NCBI GenBank assembly: GCA_963718825.1
Contig: CAVQZZ010000002.1
Location: 2,850,348-2,914,347 of the forward strand
Reading direction: 5' to 3'
DNA length: 64,000 nt
Origin: an uncultured Acidobacteriota bacterium
GTDB taxonomy: Bacteria > Acidobacteriota > Vicinamibacteria > Vicinamibacterales > CAVVIG01
Part shown: piece by piece, positions 43,997-52,836 of the stretch
Layout of the letters: each line of letters opens with the position of its first letter
How positions within the stretch are numbered: the stretch's first letter is position 1
Notes under the pieces: generated by a model
What the model saw: only the letters and a program-made list of their open reading frames with translations
Told to the model about the DNA's origin: nothing
Databases searched by the model: none
Position numbers and translations under genes: made by a program

Positions 43997-46424
43997 CTAC
44001 CGGTTCTCCGCCGTCGTCACAACCTCGTCGGCTTTTCTCATCTGGAACGGCACGCTCTTCACGACGCCGAGCACGAACGCCGAAAATCGATTGTCGCTCT
44101 TCGAGGCATCCCGCTCGATGATGCGCGCCGCCGGCATATCGCGGTAGTCGATCAGACGGCCGAGGCCGTACGCGAGCAGGTTCTCGGTGAAGCTGCCGAC
44201 GAATGCATCGCCGCGATTCACGATCGCGTTTCTCAGGCTCACCGGCCCATCGAGCGTCGTGCCGTCGTACAGCTCGACCGGACGGATCGATCGGCGAGCC
44301 GCTGTCGACCGTACGCCACAGGCCGACGGCATTGAAATTCTCGAGCGCGAGGCCGATCGGATCCATCATCTTGTGACACGCGGCGCACGCCGGGTTCTTC
44401 CTGTGCTCGGCGAGCCGCTCGCGGACCGGCAGGGCCTTCTGGTTCTCGACGTTCTCGGCAAGCGCCGGCACGACCGCCGGTGGCGGCGGCGGTGCGACGC
44501 CGAGAAGCACTTCCATCACGTACTTGCCCCTCAGCACCGGCGACGTGCGGTTGGCGAGCGACGTCAGCGTGAGAATGCTGCCCTGACCGAGCAATCCAAA
44601 CCGATTCGGATCTTTCAGCGCAACCCGCCGGAAATTGGTTCCCTGCACGTTCGGAATGCCGTAGTGCTTCGCGAGCACTTCGTCGACGAACGTGTAGTCG
44701 GCCGTGAGCAGCTCGGTGATGCTGCGATCCTCGCGCATCACATTGTTGAAGAGAAGCTTGGTCTCGCGGGTCATCGACTCGCCAAGGTTCCGGCTGAACT
44801 GCGGGAAGAGGCCCGTGTCGGGATCGGCTTCTTTCACGTGGCGCAGGTGCAGCCACTGCTCGGCGAAGTTGTCCACCAGCGCATCGGCACGCCGGTCCGC
44901 AAGCATCCGACGGACCTCGCGCTCGAGGACGGCGGGATCGCGCAGCTGGCCCCGCGCCGCCACGTTGAGCAGCTGATCGTCCGGACTGCTGCTCCAGAGG
45001 AAGTACGAGAGACGCGACGCCAGATCGAGATCGTCGACGCGGAAATTCGATCCGGGCCGCGCGCTGGCCGGCGTGCGTTCGAACCGGAACACGAATTTCG
45101 GGTTGGCGACAATCGCCTGCACCGCCATCCGGATGCCGCTCTCGAAGCTGCCGTCCTTCCGTCCTTCCTTGTAATAGTCCATCAGGAAATCCGCGTCGGC
45201 GTCGGTCGCGGGACGGCGGAACGCTCGACGAGCCAGCCGCGCGATGATTGCCTGCGCGCAGGCGGTCTCGTCCTGGCTCGAGGCCGGCATGCACGTGAAT
45301 ATCTGTCGGCGGCTGGGCGTCTCCGACAGTCCGCTGACGACGAAGGGGCCGGCGACGGTCAGGGACTGCAGGTGCGGCAGCGCGATCAGGCCCGGGATGC
45401 CGGCGCTGATGTCGACCATCGACTGTTCCACCTGACGGAACTCGTCCTCGGTCGGTCCATCGAACTTCGCGATGAACGCAGCCGACACACGATGCGGACC
45501 GGCGGCAATCGTGATCCGCGGCGTCGTCAGGATGTTCTTCGTCTCCGGAATATTCGGATCGATCTTGAAGAGCGCCGCGCGCGCGCCGTCGACTGATACC
45601 TCGATCTCCTGGCCCTGCAGATTCGCCGGCAGATTCTGCCCGTAAAGCGTTTCCAGGAAGTCGTAATAGAACGTCAGCTTGAATGTGTACTCGCCGTCAG
45701 CGGGGAAGTTGTGGACGACGGATGTTCCGCCGCGGGTGCCCAGTGGTGCGCCGTCGACGTGCCGCATCTGATTCACGACCTTCGGCACGCTGTACATCGT
45801 CATCGTCGGCGCCACGCCGGCATCGCCGATCGCTTCGCGGCTGATTTTGCCCGCCGCGCGCACGTAACCCTGGACGAGCGCCGGCGTCACCGCGAGCACG
45901 TCGGCCATGTTGTCGAAGCCGCGCCCCGTTTCGTCGGGCGGCAGCCACGACGAGACGTCGATGTCCAGCCCGAGAAGGTCGCGAACAGAGTTGCGGTATT
46001 CAGTCCTGTTGACGCGGTGAAGCTCCGGCGCGCCGGCATACGGATGCAGCGCTGCCGCGCGATCGATTGAGGTTTCGACGGCGGAGCGCAAGGCTCTCTC
46101 GGTCGCCGCGTCCGGGCGCGGCGCGCCCGCTGGCGGCATGAGACCCGCGCGCAGTTTGTGGATCATCTTCTCCGCGGTCTCGGCCTGCTTATCGGCCTGT
46201 GCCGGCTCGAAATTCTGCAGCGACAGGCCGCCCGCCTTGCCGTCGGCATCGTGGCATCCGAGGCAGTAGTCGTTCATTACCGCGTTGAGCGATTCGGGAG
46301 TTGCTGGTTTGGAGGCGTGCGATGCGGACAGACGCGGCGACGATGCCGTTGGTTCGTGGCGGCTGGCGGCGAGGGGCGCGGCGAGAGTGGCGGCGCCGAC
46401 AACTGCAAACACGAGCCGTTTCAT
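43997..46424 (-). CDS. DUF1592-family diheme protein, copy 2 (indel near 44280)
   Basis: Signal peptide; CLGCH; KLRAGLMPP; LASRLSYFLW; RTSPVLRGKYV; CAACH. Confidence 0.92.
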
Positions 46425-46527
46425 GCGTGCGGCCTCCACGCGCAGTATACCGCTAGCGTCTCCTTACATTTCCACTTAGGTCCACGGTATTGCTCATTTG
46501 TACTCGCGCGAATTTCAGGGGGCTTTC

Positions 46528-46648
46528 ATGAAAGCGGTGTGCGCGCGGGCCGTCCTTCTCCTCGCGGCGATACTCTCGATCCCGACCTCAGCCTTCGCGC
46601 AGAGCACCACCGCGGGAGTTTCAGTTCGGCATCAACTTTCACTTCTGA
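46528..46648 (+). pseudogene. Collapsed remnant of a TonB-dependent (Oar-like) receptor gene
   Basis: SD and signal peptide MKAVCARAVLLLAAILSIPTSAFAQST joined out of frame to PREFQFGINFHF*, a beta-barrel C-terminal signature. Confidence 0.6.
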
Positions 46649-46655
46649 TCACACA

Positions 46656-46687
46656 CGAGGCGCGCAACCACATGGTTGCGCGCCTCG
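46656..46687. terminator. Perfect 14-bp hairpin between convergent genes
   Basis: CGAGGCGCGCAACC-ACAT-GGTTGCGCGCCTCG. Confidence 0.75.
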
Positions 46688-46711
46688 CGTCGATCCTTAA
46701 CCTGTCCGCCG

Positions 46712-47008
46712 CTAGCGGCGATGTTCGAGCCGCTCCTCGCGCTCGTGCCGCCACCTCCAGTACGAACGGCGTTGGGCGAGCCGCTGCCGTTGATACCGCA
46801 CGTAAGCCTGATGCCGCTCGGCAAGATACGCGCGGTACTCGCGCTCCTCGCGCTGATTCCACGCGTGATAGTCGCGCCGATACGGATCGTACACGCGCAC
46901 TCTGACGCCAGCGGTGGTCGTCGTCTGGCCGGCGCTTGCGTCGGCAGGAAGCGCCAATGGTGTTGCCAATGTTGCCGTCATGAGCAGGGCCGAAAACATT
47001 CGCCGCAT
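46712..47008 (-). CDS. Small secreted Arg/Tyr/Trp-rich hypothetical protein
   Basis: SD AGGAGG; signal peptide; YDPYRRDYHAWNQREEREYRAYLAERH...YWRWRH. Confidence 0.8.
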   Translation of the reverse strand: MRRMFSALLMTATLATPLALPADASAGQTTTTAGVRVRVYDPYRRDYHAWNQREEREYRAYLAERHQAYVRYQRQRLAQRRSYWRWRHEREERLEHRR

Positions 47009-47034
47009 AAAGTCGACCTCCTGCGATGGATGTC

Positions 47035-47049
47035 GCAAGCGGCGGGCCA
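47035..47049 (-). promoter_or_regulatory. Sigma54 -24/-12 promoter candidate
   Basis: Minus strand TGGCCCGCCGCTTGC (GG-N10-GC), about 27 nt upstream of ATG 47008. Confidence 0.55.
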
Positions 47050-47112
47050 CAAATTCTTTAGGAAAACAACGTTTGGCCGAGCTGGTATGACCCTTTTGGT
47101 GGACATCAACGG

Positions 47113-47155
47113 ACAAAAAGAGAGCCCGATGACTCACAAAGGAACCATCGGGCTC
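47113..47155 (-). terminator. Rho-independent terminator
   Basis: Minus strand GAGCCCGATG-N14-CATCGGGCTC followed by TCTTTTT. Confidence 0.75.
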
Positions 47156-47200
47156 GACGATGCATTCACCGCGGAGCGCGCAAAGATCGCGGTTGCTTCC

Positions 47201-48077
47201 TTATTGACGATGCGGCGCGCAGAGCAGGCCGTTGTCGTAGGCGTCGAGCGTGTTGTGGATCGGATCGCCCACCGTCCACGCGGCGCTTCCGCCGGCGACG
47301 TTGCTGCCAAGCGGATATGCGGCCAGCCACGCGTTACCTTGAGCGATCGCGGTGCTGATGCAGGTCGAGTCGTTGCCGACGCCGACGCTCAGCATCGCCG
47401 ACAGCAGCGACTGGAACATCGTCACCGTCTTGTCTTTGCCAGTTTTGCCGAGAGCGGCGACCGCCTGCATCTTCGTGTAGGTGACGCCGCCGACGACCAG
47501 TGGAATGTTCGGCCATGCCTCAGGATGGTTCTTCCAGTATCCCGGCGTTCCGGTTCCTGGCTGGGCAATCGGCGTAGTAGTGAAGCCGAAATTATTCGAG
47601 GCGGAACCAAGCACGCCTTCGCCGACGCTGAAGCCGGAGCCGTTCGACGTCCCGATGTTGTCGGGGCCAGTTGGTGAAGATTGCAGGCCGGTCGTAATCG
47701 TCACGAAGAGAAAAGTCGGCGATGGCAACCCGGAACCAGGTGGAAACTGGAACTCACCATTCAGGTCCGTCGTCTCCGGTATGCCTTGGGTAGTCGGGTT
47801 ACACGTTGCGACTGCGCAGGCAAAGACGGTAGCTCCCTCGATTGGGGTCTCGCCGATGTCCAGGATGCCGTTCCCGTTCGTGTCGTTGAAGACGATTCCG
47901 CACGTGCCGCCTGAACGCGCACGATGTTGCGGGCGTCTGCGCCGACGCGGGCGCGGCGGCCAACGATGCCAGCGGCAGGAGCGCCGCAGCGAGCGCCGCT
48001 CCTCTGATGTGCTTCAGCGGTCCGTCCAACAGTTGCTTCGTCTTCTGCTCGAGCCCTGTCTGAACTTCCTGCGACAT
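47201..48077 (-). CDS. Secreted protein with SdrD B-like domain and TPGYWKNH motif (indel near 47920)
   Basis: SD AAGGAG; AALAAALLPLASLAAAPASAQ leader; GIVFNDTNGNGILDIGE; GTPGYWKNHPEAW. Confidence 0.75.
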
Positions 48078-48141
48078 ATCGATGCTCCTTCGGGAATTGC
48101 GTGTTGTTGACGTGCGGTTACGCGGTTTGTACGCTCTGCGC

Positions 48142-49414
48142 GTGCGTTTTCTCCTCGTGAACAACCACTGCATCAGCGATCCCACAGCCGGCGTCACTCA
48201 GAGCTTGCGCACGATCGTCGAATGGCTCGCGGACGCAGGACATGAATGTCGGGTCCTCACGACCGCTCGCTTCGAAAGCCCTGTCACGTTCACGATTGAG
48301 GAACACCTGGCGGAGCACGGTGTTCCGGTCACGGCGCTGGAGTCGCCGCAGGGCCGAACCGGTCGCTCGAGCGGCTCGCGCGCGGCGGACCGCCCAGTCG
48401 TGCACTACGCCGTGAAGAAGGTGCCGGTCACGCTGCTGTTGACCAGGCACAACGACGAAGCGCGACCCGATGCGCGCGAAGAAAGGCAGTACCTCGGCGT
48501 GCTCGATCGCCTTCTGGAGGAGTTCGCGCCCGATCAGTTGATCGCCTGCAACGGCCATCCGATGGTGCGCGAGGCGATGGCGCGTGCGCGAAAGCGACGC
48601 GTGACGACCGCCTTCGCCGTGCGCGGGTTCGGCTACTACGACCGGCGCTACTTCGACGACGTCGATCACGCGTTCACGTGCAGCCAGTTCCTGACCGATG
48701 TGCTATCGCGACAAGATCGGGTTGATCAGCACGCCGATCGAGCCGCCGATCGACTGGTCCGCCGTCGTCGCGCCGGTCGAATCGCGCGGGTTCGTGACGT
48801 TCGTGAACCCGTCGCTCCACAAAGGGCTGATGCTGTTCGCGCGGCTCGCCGACATGCTCGGATCGAGGCGGCCGGACATTCCGGTGCTCGTCGTGCAGTC
48901 GGGCCGCAGCGGAGGATCGTTGAACGCTATTCCGGGACTGGATTTCAGCAAGTACCCACAAATCATGGCGGCGCCGCCCGTGCCGACCGCTGCCGATTAC
49001 CTGGCGTTGACGCGCGTGCTCGTCGCGCCGTCGGTGTGGGACGAGCCGTTCGGCCGGGTGGCGGCGGAGGCACTGATCAACGGCATTCCCGCGCTCGTCA
49101 GCAATCGCGGATCGCTGCCGCAGGTCGTCGGCGGCGATTTCCGCGAGGGTGGCGGCGGACGCGTGCTGCCGATTCCCGAGTGGATGACGGCCGCCACAAC
49201 GACGCTTCCGAGCGAACAGGAAGTCGAACCGTGGTTCGACGCCGTCTGCTCGCTGTGGGACGATCCGGCGCTCTATCGCGCCATGGCGGCACGCGGCCGC
49301 GAGATCGCGGAGGAGCGGTACAGCGAACGCGTGTCGCGCAGGAAACATGTGGATTACTTCACTTCGCTGGAACAAGGCACGCGACCGTTCGCGGAGCGCG
49401 CCTCGACGCGGTAG
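48142..49414 (+). CDS. Glycosyltransferase family 4 (indel near 48700)
   Basis: FVNPSLHKG and APSVWDEPFGRVAAEALINGIPALVSNRGSLP motifs. Confidence 0.88.
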
Positions 49415-49581
49415 TGCACAGCCGTCCGGAGCACGCGAGGTGCCACGGCGAAAGTCCCCGCTCTGCTGAGGATTTGCGAGGAAGGAAAATTTTGTAATGT
49501 CGCGGCCGGCGCAAAAATGTCAGCGCTCAGACGCTAGCGTTGCTCGCGCTCGGCGCGTTTGCCGGTTCCGGCCGATCAGGT

Positions 49582-49610
49582 TTGACCGACGCCTCGGTGC
49601 GGGTTACGAT
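49582..49610 (+). promoter_or_regulatory. Sigma70 promoter of tRNA-Ala
   Basis: TTGACC-N17-TACGAT, 35 nt upstream of the tRNA. Confidence 0.65.
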
Positions 49611-49645
49611 CGTGGTTCGTCCGCACGAGCGTTTTTTCCCAAGAT

Positions 49646-49721
49646 GGGCCAGTAGCGCAGTTGGGAGCGCGCATGAATGGCATTCATGAGGTCACCGGTT
49701 CGATCCCGGTCTGGTCCACCA
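49646..49721 (+). tRNA. tRNA-Ala (GGC)
   Basis: 76 nt from GGGCCAG to CTGGTCCACCA; G3:U70 pair; anticodon arm CATGA-ATGGCAT-TCATG; GGTTCGATCC T loop. Confidence 0.96.
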
Positions 49722-49955
49722 TCCTTTCATTTCCAGTCCTCGATCCTTCGCAAGTAGTTGAAGGCCGGTGCGGTTACGCCGGTTCCAACAAAGCCGTTTC
49801 CGTCGAACGAGATCCCGTCTGGAAAGAACAGCTGTTGGAACCGCTGGCTGCTGTTCGAGCGACGCCTGCACCCACAGGTCGGCGGCGCGCGGCAGAACGC
49901 GTTCTGCGAACGCCAGGATGCCTTCTACGTCGAGTTCGTGGAATCGTTCCGTCCA
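49686..49955 (-). pseudogene. C-terminal remnant of a probable large serine recombinase overlapping the tRNA 3' half
   Basis: ELDVEGILAFAERVLPRAADLWVQASLEQ / QRFQQLFFPDGISFDGNGFVGTGVTAPAFNYL / GNERMVDQTGIEPVTS* across indels; family recognised from memory only. Confidence 0.55.
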
Positions 49956-50148
49956 TTCCCGGGCAGCCCTGCATATTGACGCGAGCGGGAGAGGCAATTA
50001 CGATCCACCTGCGCAGCACGAAGGCCTGACCACGTGGTGCAGTGGCCGGGCGCATACGCATCGCATCTCATCTCAGTCCGTAGGGCGCATCGGCTTTCGC
50101 CGAAAGGGCACGGCCCACCTACAGCAACCATGTAGGGAGGGTGTGCTT

Positions 50149-50712
50149 ATGTCTCGTCTCGACATTTACAAGAAGCACGCGAAACAGCTCGTTCGCTGGC
50201 ATCGCGAGGGCAATTATTCGATTGGTGGGCGGATTCGTGGCCTCGCCCGCTACCAGACGCTGACTGATCGTGAGGCGCTCGCGCTTGAGTTTCCACTTCG
50301 CGAGGCGCAAGAGATCGTCGCACTGGAGGCGGGCTACGCGAGCTGGGCGGCGACTGAAAGGTCGCGGTTGCCAATCTCGTTCGACTCGTCGGCCGAGTTT
50401 TTCAAGAACACTCTCGGTTTCTCGATCGACTTCCTGCACGGGGAACCACCGTTCTATGGCTCCGTGCCGCGCGACGGCGCCTGCGTACATCTCAAGTTCG
50501 TGCACGAGCCCGTGCTCACAATTGGGGCCCAAGACCGGGACGGGTTCATTGTCGCTTTCATTGAGGTTGAGAACGTGAAGGCCCTCTACGCTGAATACGT
50601 TACGTCGGGGGCGATCTTCGACCAGAAGCTCAAGAAGCAAGCTTGGGGAGGCCGCGACTTCGTCGTCCGCGATCCGGACGACAACGGATTGTGCTTCGTC
50701 GGTCCAGTCTGA
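50149..50712 (+). CDS. VOC/glyoxalase protein with N-terminal KKxAK helical domain (probable internal deletion)
   Basis: MSRLDIYKKHAKQLVRWHR...EAQEIVALEAGYASW; FFKNTLGF..GEPPFYG; AWGGRDFVVRDPDDN. Confidence 0.8.
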   Translation: MSRLDIYKKHAKQLVRWHREGNYSIGGRIRGLARYQTLTDREALALEFPLREAQEIVALEAGYASWAATERSRLPISFDSSAEFFKNTLGFSIDFLHGEPPFYGSVPRDGACVHLKFVHEPVLTIGAQDRDGFIVAFIEVENVKALYAEYVTSGAIFDQKLKKQAWGGRDFVVRDPDDNGLCFVGPV

Positions 50713-50855
50713 GAGGGTCGCTCACGTACGGGCGGCGCGCGGTCATGTCGCCGCGCGGGAGATTGGGACGATCGTCCCACGCTTGATGTCAGTAGATCGG
50801 CCCGATGACGGCGTCGCTGTCTTACACGAGGAGTTCATCGGTTGGTTTGACGTCT

Positions 50856-51344
50856 TCATGCCTCGTGGAGCGCGCGTTGCTGCATGGCCTCCAACGCCCG
50901 CTCGAGACGCGTCGAAGCATGAGCCCCGATCTCGACGAATCGCACGGCGAAGCCGAATTCGTCTCGCCAATACAGTGTCTCGGCCTTCACGTTGATCCAG
51001 CCTTCGTACGGCAGATGAATCTTCAACAGCATTTTCACTCCCGGCTGTTGTTGATGCATGGAGTTGATGAAGCATCCTCCGCGACTCAGGTCGTACAGTC
51101 GGACCGGAGTTTCGAGCGCGCCGATCCGAAGGCCGTCAAAAGGACCGGCGACGCGCTTGTGCTTTCGCCGGCAGTCGGGCTCGGGCTCCGGCTCACTGAT
51201 CTCGGCTTGCTCGGACGACAAAGGCGCCTGACGGGGCGGCCACTCGCTTGACGGGCGGGTGGCAGTCCAGTCGTCAAAATAGGCGCGGCTGTTATGCAGC
51301 GAGGCTTCATGTCGCTCTTCGAAGCCCGGTCTAATCTGTTTCAT
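50856..51344 (-). CDS. PilZ-domain protein
   Basis: RRKHKR (RxxxR) and DLSRGG (DxSxxG) c-di-GMP motifs; GFAVRF. Confidence 0.85.
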   Translation of the reverse strand: MKQIRPGFEERHEASLHNSRAYFDDWTATRPSSEWPPRQAPLSSEQAEISEPEPEPDCRRKHKRVAGPFDGLRIGALETPVRLYDLSRGGCFINSMHQQQPGVKMLLKIHLPYEGWINVKAETLYWRDEFGFAVRFVEIGAHASTRLERALEAMQQRALHEA

Positions 51345-51395
51345 GAATCCTTGTAAGTCTGTCGAACGACTTAAAAGTCATATCCAGGAAACGTA

Positions 51396-51415
51396 TGGCA
51401 GCAACAATGCGACCA
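51396..51415. promoter_or_regulatory. Overlapping sigma54-like motifs in an AT-rich spacer
   Basis: Minus strand TGGTCGCATTGTTGC and plus strand TGGCAGCAACAATGC, both GG-N10-GC. Confidence 0.35.
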
Positions 51416-51754
51416 TGCTCGGCTATTGATGATTAAAGCTTTGAAGCGATGTGACTTAGACCCGTCCTGACGATCGTGCTAACGAGCGGGCGCGTGTCTC
51501 GATATGGTGCAACATTCAGGATCTGACGGCTGAAAACCACCCTCAAATGCCTTAAGAGACCAATAAATAGCCGGATTTGTGCCGTTCTATCGAGAACGTC
51601 TCACTTTGAACCATGAATCAACCCCACCTAGCCATCCATACTTGCGGATCGGTGCGGTCGAGCGAGGTCGTTGACGCGCGATCGGCCGGACTTCGCTGGG
51701 GGTCTACAATGCGATCGTCGTGGTCCCGTTCGTGAGGCGGACGCAAGAGATGCG

Positions 51755-52812
51755 ATGTCGGAACTAGAGGAAGCGCGACGCCTGCTCGACGCCGCGGAAC
51801 ACGCGGCCGCGGCGAACGATCTCGCGTCTGCCGATGAGCTCCTCCGACGCGCCGCACGTATTCAGGAAGCCGAACTGGGCGCGCTCCACCCGGACCTCGC
51901 CAATACACTGAACAACCTCGCCGTCGTCGCCGAGAAGACAGGGCGGTTTGACGATGCCGAGACGTTCTACCGGCGAGCGGTGGCGATCGCATCCGCATCG
52001 CTTCCGGTAGACGATCCGATGGTTGCGGCCAGCCGGGAGAACCTCGAAGCGTTCTGCCGCGCGCGCGGTTTGCCAATCGATGAACCGGCGCCAGCGATTC
52101 ATGCACCGCGAGTCGTTACGTCGCCACCGCCTGAATCGCCCGTGCGCGTGCCGTCCGAACCAACTCGAATCACATCCGAGCCGCATCCGTCATCTCCGCC
52201 GAGTTTCTCGACCTCGCGCGTGAGCGCGGCAATCGGTGTCGTGGTCGTTCTCCTTGCTGCTGCGTTTCTCGTGAGGCGATCGACCTCGCCACGAGAACCC
52301 GTCACAGCCGCAGCGACGGCGGAACGCGCGCCGGCGCAGGCTGCCGTACCGAACGCAAGCGGCTCGGAGCGAGCCAGCGATTCCCGCTCCGATCGAACAG
52401 CCGCGACCGCCGACGGTCGTGCCGCGGCGCGATGCTCGAGACATGCCGACCGACAAGTCACCAGCTCCTTCCCGTTCGTCGGGCGGCATCACCTTGCTCA
52501 CAGCGCAACTGTGCCGGACCTTCTCGACGAGCGCCGCGCAGTGGCGATGCGATCCGGTTGGCGACCCCGTGTCGCCAGGGCCGATCGTCCTCTTTACACG
52601 CGTCACGTCTCCGCGCGACGCCGTCGTCGTGCATCGCTGGTATCGCGGAGACACTCTGCGGCAAGCGGTGAAACTGACGATTCGGGCGAATGCGACCGAG
52701 GGTTATCGCACGTACAGCCGGCAGACGGTGGACGCCGGGTCGGGCTGGCGTGTGGAAGTCAGGAGCGCGGAAGGCACGTCTGCTGCACGAGCAGCGCTTC
52801 GTCGTGCGATGA
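51755..52812 (+). CDS. TPR - Pro-rich linker - TM - DUF2914-like membrane protein (split)
   Basis: HPDLANTLNNLAV..AETFYRRAVAI TPR; TM AIGVVVVLLAAAFLV; FTRV..VVHRWY..GYRTYSRQTV..WRVEVR. Confidence 0.75.
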
Positions 52813-52836
52813 GACCACGCCGCGCGGAGGCGCGTC

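Noticed and set aside
33960..46424. The twin operons as a recent inverted duplication or invertible segment
   Set aside because: The copies are clearly diverged in protein sequence, and no terminal inverted repeats or adjacent invertase were seen.
46477..46494. Sigma54 promoter upstream of the receptor remnant
   Set aside because: GG-to-GC spacing is 11 rather than 10; it would need an unverified indel.
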